Assembly (NCBI GenBank): GCA_020184695.1
Contig: JAANOX010000246.1
Location: 62,001 to 126,000, forward strand
Source of the DNA: Histomonas meleagridis 2922-C6/04-290x
Taxonomy: Eukaryota > Protista > Parabasalia
Length of the DNA: 64,000 nucleotides
Direction of reading: 5' to 3'
Under the pieces are notes generated by a model. That model saw only the letters and a program-made list of their open reading frames with translations. It did not search any database and was not told where the DNA came from. How positions within the stretch are numbered: the first letter of the stretch is position 1; each line of letters opens with the position of its first letter. This document shows positions 9,575 through 20,709 of this stretch, one piece after another. The position numbers and the translations under genes are program-made.

Positions 9575-12352
9575 TTAATCCGCTTCTTTATCAGAACTTT
9601 TACTTTCATCAATGATCGTTAATTCATTTGTATATTGTTCGTCTCCGTCATTAAAATCATTTGTACTTAATTTGCTTTCGCCCAATAATTGATTAATAAC
9701 GTCGTCACTTTCCAATAAACTATTGAACGCATCCATACTAAATCTCTTTTTAGGTGATTCGTTTCTTCTTTCTCTTAATTGAAATCCATCAGATTCTTCT
9801 TCTTTATTGTCTTCTTCATTATTATTATTATTAGTTTCAACAGATTTGCTTGGATCTTCCTTGTTATCGCTGTCACTTTTTGTAATGTTTTCATTATTTG
9901 AGTGAATTTCACCATCATCTTCATGCGTTTCGTTTGCTAACGATTTATTTGGATCTTCTTCGTTATCATTACTATCACTTTTGCTTGCTGATGAATTACT
10001 TTGTTCTTCCTTATCTTTACCAACGGTTTCACTTGACGATGATTTGTTTGGTTCATCTTCGCCATCATTATTTATTGTATTTTGTTCATTGTTATTAACA
10101 ATTTCGTCTGATTTAACTGATTCCTCTTCTTCATTTGTATTATCATGTTTTACAATTTGTTCTTTATTTTCATCTGATTTATGAATTGGTTCTTCGTCGT
10201 CATTACCATTTGTTTCGCTCGTGACAATTTGCTCTTTATTTTCATCAGGTTTGAGAATTGTTTCTTCTTCATTACAACTTGTTTTTTCTTTACTTTGTTC
10301 TTCTTCATTATTTGTTTTAATTTTTTCATTATATATCACTTCTTCTCTATTTGTTATGATTTCTTCGTTTACTTTATTTTTGTTTGTTTCTTCTTTACTT
10401 ATATTTTTTATTGTCTTCTTTCGCTTATTTGTGTTCACTTTCCTTTTAACTTTAATTATTTTCTTTGAAGTTTTATTTACGCGTTTTGTTTTCACGATTT
10501 TCTTTGGATGTTTTTTGTTGTCGTTTTTAATTTCTTTTTCTTTCTCATTACTTTGTTCCATTGTAACATTATTTGTTTCATTTTCTGATTTCGATTCTTC
10601 TTCTTTATTAGAATCAGAATCCGATTGTTCGCTATCACTATCGATAAGTTCTATTTCTTCTTCTTCGTTATTAATTATAATTTCTATTTCATTTTCTTGT
10701 GAATTCATTGCTTCAATATTTTCATTATTATTTTGTATTTCTTCTTCTTCATTTGTTTCTGTTTTACGTTGAATTACTTCTGTTCCATTAATATCTTCTT
10801 CAGTTTTATCTTGTTGTTGCGAATCGGATATTTTCGATTTTTGCTTTGATGGAATTTGTTTGTTACTACTGTTCCCTTCACTGATAGAAGAGAATTCGTC
10901 ATTCGATTTACAGTCAGATGGATTCGGATGTTCGGGTAAAATAGAAAACTTAAGTTCAGATAGTGCATAGTTCTCAACTTCGAGTGGAAGAAACGCTTCT
11001 CTTCTTTTCTTGGAAACCATATTTTTCCTTGTCTCAAGGTTTTTATATTCACTAAACAAATCAGATACTTGTTCAAGTTTTGATGAAAATGTTTTGAATT
11101 CTTTCATTATGTCATCGGATAATATTTCATCATCATTTAAAAGTCGATATTTATCCATTAAACTTATGATATTTGGTTCAAATTTATATCGTTTTGTGTC
11201 TTTAAGTGAAATATTACTTGAACCTTTAGTTGAAAATAATACTTTCCCAAATCGTGATTCTTCCATTAAATATAAAACTCCATCTTTAATCCGTAATTCT
11301 TGCGCTATACGTGATGGAACACCAAATGCTTTCGTATAAAATAAAAATAAAAATAATAAAAATTCAATTTCAAGATTAAGATTTGACGATGTGTTTTGGA
11401 AAAGTGCTATCGCAAAAAGTGGAATAAACGTGCGATTTAAGGAGGGGTCTGTTTGAATTCCTCCGAAAATTTGTACAAATTCAAGAAGAAGGAAATATGT
11501 TGTGACAGGTAAATAACAAATGATTACAGAGGCAAGCTCAAGCTTTTCAATGTCAGAAGGAGCTTGCATAGATTTGATGATTAAATCATGAAGTGATGGT
11601 GGAATTAACGGAATTTCACTCGAGGAAATTAACATTAAAACAAAAGAAAAAAGTTCGCTATGATGAAAACATGATAGAGACTTCCCATTTTCAAAAGCAG
11701 AAAACATTTCATTGATTTTTTCTTTGGTAAGTTTGACTAATTCTAATCCATTCTTTTTACGAGATTGAATTAAAACTAAGGCATTCCGCATGGATTGTGT
11801 GAGAAAAAAGCTTGGGAGTGTTTCAAGAATCATACTTGATGCTTCTTGTGGGAAAAAATTTGCTGTAAATAATATCCGTGGTAAAAAAATATTAACATTT
11901 TTTATAACGATATGGCCAACTGGTGGAGGCATATTGTTGTTGCATATTTGATTTGTTTTTGGATCAAAAGTAATGTAATAATGGTTTGATGATAAATCAA
12001 GTGAAAAACAATAAATTGCAATAGCCATTAATTCGCTTAATGGTCTCTTCATATCGAAATCAATTTTTGAAACTCTATTTTCATAATATACGTGAATTCT
12101 GGTAACTTCCGACTCCCTGATTGTAAAATAATCATAAGGAGAAGAAAAAAGATCTGAACATGACATTTCATTTGGGAGCATGATAAAATTATGATTTCTT
12201 CCAAAAAGACTGAACTTTGAATATTGTTTAATTCCATAATTTAAAAGCACTCTACTTATAAGATCTGTTACTTCTTCGTCAAAATTTAATTCTGTTTCTG
12301 CAATTGTACTTAAAAATGGAATATCAATGTAGATTCGCGTGTGTGGTTTCAT
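9575..12352 (-). CDS. RhoGAP-like domain protein with long acidic low-complexity C-terminus
   Basis: 925 aa. PLIP...LP..TY.LL...N...LFA.ALF pattern typical of the RhoGAP fold at aa ~175-320. E/N/S/K-rich tail with short internal repeats (DENKEQIV x2). Confidence 0.55.
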   Translation of the reverse strand: MKPHTRIYIDIPFLSTIAETELNFDEEVTDLISRVLLNYGIKQYSKFSLFGRNHNFIMLPNEMSCSDLFSSPYDYFTIRESEVTRIHVYYENRVSKIDFDMKRPLSELMAIAIYCFSLDLSSNHYYITFDPKTNQICNNNMPPPVGHIVIKNVNIFLPRILFTANFFPQEASSMILETLPSFFLTQSMRNALVLIQSRKKNGLELVKLTKEKINEMFSAFENGKSLSCFHHSELFSFVLMLISSSEIPLIPPSLHDLIIKSMQAPSDIEKLELASVIICYLPVTTYFLLLEFVQIFGGIQTDPSLNRTFIPLFAIALFQNTSSNLNLEIEFLLFLFLFYTKAFGVPSRIAQELRIKDGVLYLMEESRFGKVLFSTKGSSNISLKDTKRYKFEPNIISLMDKYRLLNDDEILSDDIMKEFKTFSSKLEQVSDLFSEYKNLETRKNMVSKKRREAFLPLEVENYALSELKFSILPEHPNPSDCKSNDEFSSISEGNSSNKQIPSKQKSKISDSQQQDKTEEDINGTEVIQRKTETNEEEEIQNNNENIEAMNSQENEIEIIINNEEEEIELIDSDSEQSDSDSNKEEESKSENETNNVTMEQSNEKEKEIKNDNKKHPKKIVKTKRVNKTSKKIIKVKRKVNTNKRKKTIKNISKEETNKNKVNEEIITNREEVIYNEKIKTNNEEEQSKEKTSCNEEETILKPDENKEQIVTSETNGNDDEEPIHKSDENKEQIVKHDNTNEEEESVKSDEIVNNNEQNTINNDGEDEPNKSSSSETVGKDKEEQSNSSASKSDSNDNEEDPNKSLANETHEDDGEIHSNNENITKSDSDNKEDPSKSVETNNNNNEEDNKEEESDGFQLRERRNESPKKRFSMDAFNSLLESDDVINQLLGESKLSTNDFNDGDEQYTNELTIIDESKSSDKEAD

Positions 12353-12680
12353 ATGGCTTCAATTTATTGGCTTTTTGAATGCTTTATAACTTTTCAAAGC
12401 AAGACCGCCAAATAATTCATTGTTTACATACATTGAGTAAACATTGGAATTTACTGTAAATAAAAACGTTTATTTATCTTCTCTTCGATATTTTTTTAAG
12501 ATTTCAGTTTTAAGCAATTTTTTAAGACATATCCAAATATCATATACAGAAAACATAAGTAATACAAAAGCATACTTATATCATAACTATTAATGAAATC
12601 AGATGGGAACTTATTTTTATAAAAAACTGCGTATCATCAAATAAAAAAAATTCAGATAGGCTTTAATATTATATAAAAAT

Positions 12681-13586
12681 TCAGTTATTGCTATCACGGA
12701 TAGCTTCAAAAATATTAATCAAATTTTGAATTCCTGGCAAAATATCATCTTCGCAATCACTCACATTTTCGTTGAATTCTCCTGCTAATTTGTTTATGTT
12801 TAAGTATGTTTTTGCGAAGTCTAGAAGTCTGCATTCTTTTTTAGTATCATCATCTTCATCATAAACAAGTAAAACAGAAGAACTGTACATGCGCGCGTTT
12901 GCTTCCCTCCTCAGTTTCTGCAATGCGCTCTTCAGTTTTTTGAGCTTTTCAATGAAGAATGGGAATTTTTTGGTATCGTGAAAGAAATCGAGTAAAAATT
13001 CTTTAAGCTCATCCTCTGTACAATTGTTTCCGAAGTCTCTTTCGACAAAGTTTGCATTTTCTGTAATTGGCCATTTATCTGGATTATGACTATACCACAT
13101 TGCAGCGCGAACTTTAAATTTTAGTTTGCCTGTTGTGCCTGATTCAGCTTTCTTTCGCATGTGTGCTACTTTTTCTGGATTAGCTCCAAGAGCCCATGTT
13201 CTTCCGCCAAGTTTGATATCTAAAACAGCAGGTTTAGTAAATCCATCAGCAATATCACGCATTAGTATATACGGTGTGCTCGTTAAAGTTGGTGTACTTA
13301 ATTCTTTTCTAATTTTAAGTCTTATTTCTGGATTTTTGATTGATATAGAACCTGCATCCTTTTCCTCGACAAAACCCTCTACCTTTGGAACAAGATTTTT
13401 AGGCACAACACAATGACTGTTGTCAAGATAATCCAAATAGAAATTAAGCTCTCTGATAATCCTACACTTCTTTGCAATAATTCCTTCGCGGAATGGAATT
13501 ATGACTCCTTCATGGCCAAATATTCGAGACCTTAGCATCGTTTTGGGGTTGTTATCTACATGAAGAGTAACATCGACTGTGGACAT
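12681..13586 (-). CDS. Inositol polyphosphate kinase (IPK/IPMK family)
   Basis: PAVLDIKLG (PxxxDxKxG), SSVLL and LDFAK motifs. The probable ATG is 13586 (MSTVDV); the track start is non-ATG. Confidence 0.92.
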   Translation of the reverse strand: MSTVDVTLHVDNNPKTMLRSRIFGHEGVIIPFREGIIAKKCRIIRELNFYLDYLDNSHCVVPKNLVPKVEGFVEEKDAGSISIKNPEIRLKIRKELSTPTLTSTPYILMRDIADGFTKPAVLDIKLGGRTWALGANPEKVAHMRKKAESGTTGKLKFKVRAAMWYSHNPDKWPITENANFVERDFGNNCTEDELKEFLLDFFHDTKKFPFFIEKLKKLKSALQKLRREANARMYSSSVLLVYDEDDDTKKECRLLDFAKTYLNINKLAGEFNENVSDCEDDILPGIQNLINIFEAIRDSNN

Positions 13587-14135
13587 TTCGGTGTATTTTT
13601 CGTTTGGGAATTTGAATGCCTTCAAAAATTTATACTTTTGTATACATTCAAAATTGAGAATAAACAACACAAAAAACCGGGTATTTGAATGAAAAATATA
13701 ATTGTGGCACTTTTTTAAAAACATCTCCGTTAATATGGTCAAAATAATTTGAGGGGCGTTTCAAAAGTTTTGGGTAAAAATCACAGACAAAACAAAAAAT
13801 TAATTTATTCTGCAAACATCTTGGAACCCTATAGTTTTATACTCGAAATGCGTAATATAATAACTGTGTTGTTTATTTTTTCTATATAGGATTTCGAAAA
13901 ATTTCATCAAAATTTTAATTTGTTTTGGTTGCCATAGTGAAGAATTCTTTGAAATGAAACTGAATACAATTCGATAAAATCCATGTTTATGATGTAATGT
14001 AAATGATATGTATAAATTTTAAAATTAAATGGGAAAAAAAGGAAATGACAAAGAAGGGAAAAAATAGAACATATTTATTTTAGAAAAGGAAGCCAAGTTA
14101 TAAGTTATAACTTCTAATCTCAAAAAAAAATTGAA

Positions 14136-14819
14136 TTAATACAATTCTTCAAAATCAGTTTTTTCATCAAGATAATCAGTGGTAAAATCATAAAGAGGGA
14201 GATCAATTATTTGTCTATTTCTCCTTTGTCCATATTTCTCGATTTCGGTTTTAATTTTTGGATTTACTTTTGAAGTATATGGATCAATGATTCTGGTATC
14301 ACATATCCTTTTCAGAAGTTTTTGGGTTTTGTAGTTAGATAACATATTCTTCTCATCATCCCAAATTCTATGTTCCCAAAATTCTGGAATATGCTGCTCT
14401 GGGATAATAAATGTATAACCCTGTGCCTTTTGCTCATTTATTTGAATGTCTTTAGGACAGTTTCCACTGAGTTCAAGTAATTGAGCAGGATCTTTGTAAT
14501 TTGGAATTTTTCCAGTAATAATTTGGTTTTCAAGTGCCTCCAAAAGTTTGTGTGTTTCTATGTAATCAAAGTCTGTTATTTTATTGTGGTTTTTGTTGGT
14601 TTCATTTGGTTCTGCGATTTTCCATTGAGGTGTTTTAATATCAATTTTTTCCTCTAATATATCAAGAGTAGGTTCTTGGTTATCGGAACTACTTTCTGTG
14701 TAGTTTTTATCCATATTTTTTTGCTTTCTCATGAGAAGAAGTGAACAAATAGACCGTTTAAACATACGGGAACGTTTATTAGTGATCCGTTTATTTTCCA
14801 AAATGTTATTGGCTGCCAA
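14136..14819 (-). CDS. Hypothetical protein (true start probably 14732 or 14714)
   Basis: 227-aa ORF with coding-like composition. An M3-like GACCGTTTAA at 14752-14761 lies just upstream of the internal ATGs. Confidence 0.55.
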   Translation of the reverse strand: MAANNILENKRITNKRSRMFKRSICSLLLMRKQKNMDKNYTESSSDNQEPTLDILEEKIDIKTPQWKIAEPNETNKNHNKITDFDYIETHKLLEALENQIITGKIPNYKDPAQLLELSGNCPKDIQINEQKAQGYTFIIPEQHIPEFWEHRIWDDEKNMLSNYKTQKLLKRICDTRIIDPYTSKVNPKIKTEIEKYGQRRNRQIIDLPLYDFTTDYLDEKTDFEELY

Positions 14820-14999
14820 TACTTAAGTGAGAACTATGTAATTGAAATTTTTCAGGTCAATCTACAACATCATAAATTGTGGTAATAAGCTTAGATATTT
14901 TGAATTTATTTTTTTTTCATTCCACATTTGTTTTTATACCAATTTTTTTGCATCCTTTTTCATGAAGTAAATCACATATTTTATTTTCATTTTCATCGG

Positions 15000-15340
15000 A
15001 TGGAATTTGTTTGTTTCATTTGCATATTCCAATAATGAATGAATAATTTCATCATTTCCGCCTGCAATTACATATTTATCTGTGTTATATACATTTACAT
15101 CATTCATGAGCAAATATTTAAAACATTTTATTGATCCAAAAAATGCTGTATAATAAATTTATTAATGAATGAGTTTGAATTTTTTTCATTTACAAATGAA
15201 CGTCTTTCATTAATTGATGGTTCAATTGAATGTCTTATGAAGTTCCCAATTATTTCTTGAAAGTTATTCATAATTTTCATGCATATTCTTATAAAATGGC
15301 AATCTCTTATTATCAAGATATTGTGCAACATAATTTGTCT
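15000..15340 (-). pseudogene. DUF3447/ankyrin-repeat family relic (parabasalid expanded family)
   Basis: Family-like peptides are spread over different frames with stops: NYE*LSRNNWELHK, IEPSINERRSFVNEK, and YTAFFGSIKCFKYLLMND...YVIAGGNDEIIHSLLE. Confidence 0.7.
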
Positions 15341-15663
15341 TTATTCTTAACCAATAGAAGAATCTATGAAACCTCCAAATTCATATATGGCAGGGTATCA
15401 TTTTTATTTTAGTATTTATTTCTTATATGAAGCTAAGATAAAGGTTGTAATCATCTATGTGTGAAATGAGTGCTGAATGAATAAATATACAAGTATATGT
15501 TTAAGCAGTGATCTGTGTATACGTTTATACTTCTCAATAATCGGATTATTTTCCATATAAAAACTTTCATTTCGCTTCTGCTTTATGAACAAAACAAGTC
15601 TACATATAGGTAGTAGTTTGTTATTTGTAAAATAAAAGAAGATTTTTTATTAAATTTACTAGG

Positions 15664-16179
15664 TTAAATATTGAGATTTGCTGCAATGATTTCCTTTTCA
15701 GCATCAGGATACTGAGGAATCAAGTCGACAGCGTGCCCGTGTTCAAAATCTTCATCTTCATATCCAGGAAAACAAGTTGCCCCGTATAGTCCCCATGAAC
15801 CAGGCGATTGATCAAGCAGAGCAGTTGCTTGCCATGCCCCTGCAGGAATAATGCTTTGTGGTCGTTGGCCAGCCTTCAAATCAGGGCCAATAATATGTTT
15901 TTCCCAATGTCCATCAGGATAAAGAATAATTTGCACAACTGGATTTCCAGCATGGTAGTGCCAAATTTCATCACTTTTTATTCGATGCCATGATGAGACA
16001 TGATTACTTTCAATTCCATAATAAATCGAAGTTCCACAATGACGGACTTTTTCGGTTTTTGCTAATACCTTGCATTGATATATCCTATTAAAGTTACCAC
16101 CTTCAATTTCAAGCCTTTCAAGTCCAAGAATTTGCTTAACTTCGTCAAATGTTAGGTTTAGATTTGTATTTGAACTCAT
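15664..16179 (-). CDS. DUF985/Cupin_5 family cupin (YML079w/Cff1-like)
   Basis: LGLERLEIEGG, SIYY, WHRIKSDEIWHYHAG, GQRPQSIIPAGAWQA and TCFPGYEDEDFE motifs. ATG at 16179. Confidence 0.9.
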   Translation of the reverse strand: MSSNTNLNLTFDEVKQILGLERLEIEGGNFNRIYQCKVLAKTEKVRHCGTSIYYGIESNHVSSWHRIKSDEIWHYHAGNPVVQIILYPDGHWEKHIIGPDLKAGQRPQSIIPAGAWQATALLDQSPGSWGLYGATCFPGYEDEDFEHGHAVDLIPQYPDAEKEIIAANLNI

Positions 16180-16505
16180 TTGGACGAACGTTCCAAAGAA
16201 ACCTCCAATTTTCAATGATTTATTTGATAAGGAAATTTGTTGTTGTTTTAACAAACATCAAAACTACCAAAGATAAAAAAAATTTACCTTTGTGATTTGG
16301 GGAAAGAATTTAATTTTTAAAATTATTAATTGTGTTACTATTTTGAAAAAATTTTTATCGAGATCTTTACAATAATTAATTACTTCTGAAGAAGTAGATA
16401 ACAAAAATGTTGAATCAAAATATTCAGCTCTTTACCAAACATTTTCATTATGAAGGTAAAATGTACTTCAAAATTAAGAAAAGAAAATTCATGAAATTGA
16501 GATGT

Positions 16506-17084
16506 TTATGTTAATGCAGTAGCTTCTCCCTTGACTTGTTCTGCAATATTTGGAGGGCATGGAATACCAATTTCACCAAAGATTTGTGCATATTGGGCAG
16601 CTGTTTCTTCTTCAAGATCGGTTTCATCGTCTTCCCAAATGTCATCCATGGCTTCGTCGACCATTTCTCCCTTCATGTCCATCATTTCGTTTTCCATCAT
16701 GAACTTTTGCATGATCATTTGCATTTGTGGAACATTAACCATTCTGTTAAGTTGATGCATAGCTTGTGCTGCACCCTTGAGTGCTTTGTTAACACCTGCT
16801 TGAGCCTTGATTGTTTCAATTCGAAGACCAAGACTTTCCATTTGAGATCCGAGCTTTAAGAATTTCTTCATAGCCTGACGATTGCGGACCAAGTCCTTTG
16901 CAATAATCATGACTGATTCGGTTTCTCCCTTTGCAGCTAATTTCTTCATTTCGGATTTCATTTTAGTTTCTTGAGCTTGTAAGCGTGATCTTTCGCGTTC
17001 AATCTCACGGCATGACCTACGGAGTGATTGCTTGAATTGCTTAAGTTTTTCTTCTGGCGTGACTCTCTTTCCGAATAAACCCAT
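16506..17084 (-). CDS. VPS2: ESCRT-III subunit Vps2/CHMP2 (Snf7 family)
   Basis: MGLFGKRVTPEEKL...REIERER...AKDLVRNR...MDMKGEMVDEAMDD. ATG at 17084. Confidence 0.88.
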   Translation of the reverse strand: MGLFGKRVTPEEKLKQFKQSLRRSCREIERERSRLQAQETKMKSEMKKLAAKGETESVMIIAKDLVRNRQAMKKFLKLGSQMESLGLRIETIKAQAGVNKALKGAAQAMHQLNRMVNVPQMQMIMQKFMMENEMMDMKGEMVDEAMDDIWEDDETDLEEETAAQYAQIFGEIGIPCPPNIAEQVKGEATALT

Positions 17085-17090
17085 GTTAGA

Positions 17091-17096
17091 AAATGA
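17091..17096 (-). promoter_or_regulatory. Initiator (Inr) TCATTT, with M3-like AACCGTTT at 17102-17109
   Basis: 6 nt upstream of the Vps2 ATG. Equivalent TCATTT sites occur at 22786-22791 (RCC1 gene) and 57871-57876 (legumain-like gene). Confidence 0.7.
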
Positions 17097-17591
17097 CAAA
17101 TAACCGTTTCAAAACCGTCAGCTTGATTTGTTATGAAAAAGTTCATTGCTATCAAATTTCATTGAAAAATTGAATTGTTTACTTCACCGAATTTTTTATC
17201 TAAATCTTAAGAGATTCATATTCTTTTTCGACCGGATTTAGGATTTGCAAAAATCGATCAGCAAATACGTAAAATTTAGGTTCTTATTTTCATGGAAAGA
17301 TTACTTGAAAGTGTTAAATATTTAAAGAAGATTTTGGATGAGAATTTCGCATTGTTTGATTATCAACGTATTCTTTTATATCAACATCGAACATATTTTA
17401 ATATGAAATTCGTGTAAGACAGCACTGATACTAAAAAAAATTTTTAAGATCTTCAGTATGATTATTCCGAATTAATTTTTTTTAAATAATTAATTTAAAA
17501 AATAAATACAAACAAAACAATTTTTTAATATTTAAGAGAAGTTCATTAAAAAAATTGAAGCATGAGAACATAGGGAATATATATGTAAATT

Positions 17592-17972
17592 TTAATTTGA
17601 TAATATGTCAAAAAGAATCGAAAAACCGAGTGTTGAAATAACAAAGCTAATAAAGCGATATCTCTGCCATAACGAAAGTGTAAAATAAATGTATGAGAGA
17701 AAATATGAAAGGAAAATGAGCCAAACTGTTGTTGGATAAATTGTGTACCACCTATCTGGTGTTATTTTCTGTGAAGGTCTTGGACGTATAACGCACCTAA
17801 AATAGTTAAGTACATATGCTGAAGTTGCGAAGATTGCGAGCCAAATAGCTTTGGCAATATATTGGTATTCTTTGCTATATGATAACATGTTCGGGATAAC
17901 ATCAAAGTATGTAATTAAAATGACAAAAGAAAAAATTGAAAATAAGATTTTTGCTATCCTTACAAGTTTCAT
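17592..17972 (-). CDS. Small multi-pass membrane protein, TMEM128-like
   Basis: Four hydrophobic segments. W..IYPTTVWLIFLSY...FTLSLW resembles the TMEM128 C-terminal half. ATG at 17972. Confidence 0.5.
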   Translation of the reverse strand: MKLVRIAKILFSIFSFVILITYFDVIPNMLSYSKEYQYIAKAIWLAIFATSAYVLNYFRCVIRPRPSQKITPDRWYTIYPTTVWLIFLSYFLSYIYFTLSLWQRYRFISFVISTLGFSILFDILSN

Positions 17973-19019
17973 TATGGCGGTTATAAGATTAAAAAAACAT
18001 AGCGTCAGTGGATCGAACCAGAGCCCCAATTCAAAAATGCAATTCTTTTTGCATATATTCGTATACGCACGTTTTTTATGAATTCATTCAAGAACATATA
18101 TGTTTTCTTTCTCCAATATAAAATCATTTTTCAATAAAATGCCTTTCTCTTTTTCATTTTTAACAAGTTATTAATAATCATTAATGATAATATAAGACGA
18201 TAGAGAAAGATATTTAAACGATAAGGATTGAGTATTCAACAACAAAAACTTGTAACATATTCATTAAATATATATAACTATTATAGTGGAAAAAAGTGTT
18301 TCGATAATAGAAATAATTGATAAAGATCTTGAAATACAATTATTCATTAATCTATTGAATACATTTTTTATAATGGACCTATGTACCCTCCAAAATAATT
18401 TAATATATAGTTTTAGTATTATTAAATATGGCTGATCAACAACATTAAATATGCTTGATCAAGTCAGAATATCTTGAGAAGAACAACACATTATCTTCTA
18501 TATAGCTAAAATAACTTTTTATGTAGTCAAACGGTTTTCGATCATTGAATTTTTAGAATGATTGTGTAAATTTCATTATAAGTTTTCATCTGTAAGTAAA
18601 ATGTTTGAAAGTATAAAATATTTTGAGGCAACTCGCACTTTATTCATTATTATTATTTTAGGCATTCGTAATACAGCTTATGTATTTGTTAATAATATTT
18701 TTCAAAAATTCTTTCCACTTTTGCAACAAGTTAATCAACTTCATTTAAAGAAAGATTCGGGCAGAAGGTTTCAACAACAAGCATATTGCAATTTTATTAC
18801 ATCATTATTATATATAACATCATATACAAAATATTTATGTATAATATATCTGAGTATATTAAATATATATGTATATAACATATCTGTGTATAACATCATG
18901 CATAACATATTTATGTATTGCATTTTCATTGTGTTTAACATTTATTAAATATTATATTATTATACATACATTATAAGATGTAACATCATATATAACACAT
19001 TCATTGTATATAAAATATT

Positions 19020-19058
19020 ATAAGTTATTAAAAAATATGATAAGTTATTAAAAAATAT
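19020..19058. repeat. 20-bp-period tandem duplication at the end of a TA-rich low-complexity tract (~18800-19060)
   Basis: ATAAGTTATTAAAAAATAT occurs at 19020-19038 and 19040-19058. Confidence 0.7.
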
Positions 19059-19362
19059 CTTTCATATAAAATTTTATGATTAATCATTTTTCTCAAAATC
19101 TTCAGCGATTCTTGTTAAAAGATTGTTAAAAATTTCTTCTAGATCAATTTCATAATTTTTTATCACATTTTAAAATTTGTGCAACAGAATCTAAACAACA
19201 AATGTACGAATTCATATTCCAATTCACTATTTTGAAAACAGCTTCTTCAAAATGAATACTTTATTTAAATTTGTCAAAAAAATTAACAAATGTTTTATTG
19301 GGCTGCAGATGCCCTTATCTAGAAACATTTTACATGGAAATGAATTAAAAAAACTACAAAAA

Positions 19363-20646
19363 TTAACTTTTTATCCACCCGACGTTAGTCAAGAAATCAT
19401 ATATTGGCTCAATTTCAGACTTTTGGTCCGGCGCGAGCTGCACAGCCTCTTCCTTGGTCAGTTCGTTTCTGAGCACAGATTCTCTCATCAGTACATCTTT
19501 AATTATTTTATATGTTTCCGTACTTATAGACTCGCGACTACACAGCCCAAGCTCGCTTTTGCTTAAGTTTTCGCTCCGTATTTTCGCTTTTTGATTTTTG
19601 ATTCTCAAATTATATTGTTCAACTTTTTCATTCCAATACTTGATTTCTGACTGTGGGATGATGCCTGTCTTTATGTGTTTCATTAGGTCTGAGTATAATT
19701 CGCCTTCGCGTTGATTTTTGATGGAATTTGCTTTCCAAATATATCTCTCTTCTAACCTCCGTTTTAATTCCATTTGCTTCCGTACATCGACTGCTAATTG
19801 TTTAGCCTTATCAAATCCTATGAATTGTATCAAAGATGCAAATTCTCTGTCAATTAATTTGTCATCGAGTGAAACGCCACCAAATAAATCAGGATGTAAG
19901 TTTTCGTTATCAAAAGGCTCGGATTCTTCATAAAGCATTCCAACATTTTCGATGATTCGAGTTCTTTTTCTTCTTTCTTCAATTTGATAATTATAACAAC
20001 GTAAAGTTTGTATCTTTTTTCTAAATGTTTCTTCTGTCTCAGGCTCGTCTTTGAATGAGATATTTGCTATTATTTGCTCTGCTTCATTGTTGAACTCGAT
20101 CTCGAATTCATGACGATAAGGCATGTAACCGTTAAATTCGGCAGGTACAGCTTTTTGATTGGAAAGTTTTTGTTTCTTGAGAAACTTAACGTATTCCGAG
20201 GGCTGCGGTTTTGTATCGTAGGGAGGGGGCGGAGGAAGTTCACAAGGCGGAAGTACCTCAGAAATTGGTTTTGGGGCGGATGGGGACTTGAGGAATGTTT
20301 GAACGTAGTAAGTTTCGCATTCAACGGGCGTCTTGTTCCCAACAAATTCGGAAACTTCTTCCCAATTTCCTAGACCGAATTTTTTGATTCCAACTAATAA
20401 ATTAAGTTCATCTTTTGTTTCCCAATTCTCTCGATAAAGTGACTTGGGTTCATTTTTGCAGCTAACGAATACAAAGGAATGAGATTGATGACGTTTATCA
20501 ACTTCTCGACCTGATGATAAACATTCTAAACATTGATCAAAATCTCGGCAACGCAAACACCTAACATAGCTTTCATTCAATATTTGGCGGCCACAAGTAG
20601 CACAAAATATTTCATTTGAATGAACCAACATTGAATCATCAGCCAT
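19363..20646 (-). CDS. ADA2: Transcriptional adaptor Ada2 (ZZ finger, SANT, SWIRM)
   Basis: CATC...CLRC.DFDQCLEC ZZ finger; W...DELNLL.GIKKFGLGNWEEVSEFVG SANT; GYMPYRHEFEIEFNNEAE Ada box; C-terminal IYDFL..VGWI. Confidence 0.95.
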   Translation of the reverse strand: MADDSMLVHSNEIFCATCGRQILNESYVRCLRCRDFDQCLECLSSGREVDKRHQSHSFVFVSCKNEPKSLYRENWETKDELNLLVGIKKFGLGNWEEVSEFVGNKTPVECETYYVQTFLKSPSAPKPISEVLPPCELPPPPPYDTKPQPSEYVKFLKKQKLSNQKAVPAEFNGYMPYRHEFEIEFNNEAEQIIANISFKDEPETEETFRKKIQTLRCYNYQIEERRKRTRIIENVGMLYEESEPFDNENLHPDLFGGVSLDDKLIDREFASLIQFIGFDKAKQLAVDVRKQMELKRRLEERYIWKANSIKNQREGELYSDLMKHIKTGIIPQSEIKYWNEKVEQYNLRIKNQKAKIRSENLSKSELGLCSRESISTETYKIIKDVLMRESVLRNELTKEEAVQLAPDQKSEIEPIYDFLTNVGWIKS

Positions 20647-20709
20647 CACTTCAATTGCATAAAACTATAAATCCCTGACAAAGAATACGTTAATAAACGG
20701 GGTACCCCA

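Noticed and set aside
9898-11339. Numerous shadow ORFs here and opposite other genes
   Set aside because: Antisense or alternate frames of better-supported CDSs, expected from low-complexity coding sequence.
18562-19566. ORFs 18562-18948 and 19252-19566
   Set aside because: Low-complexity or antisense to Ada2, with no recognisable motif.
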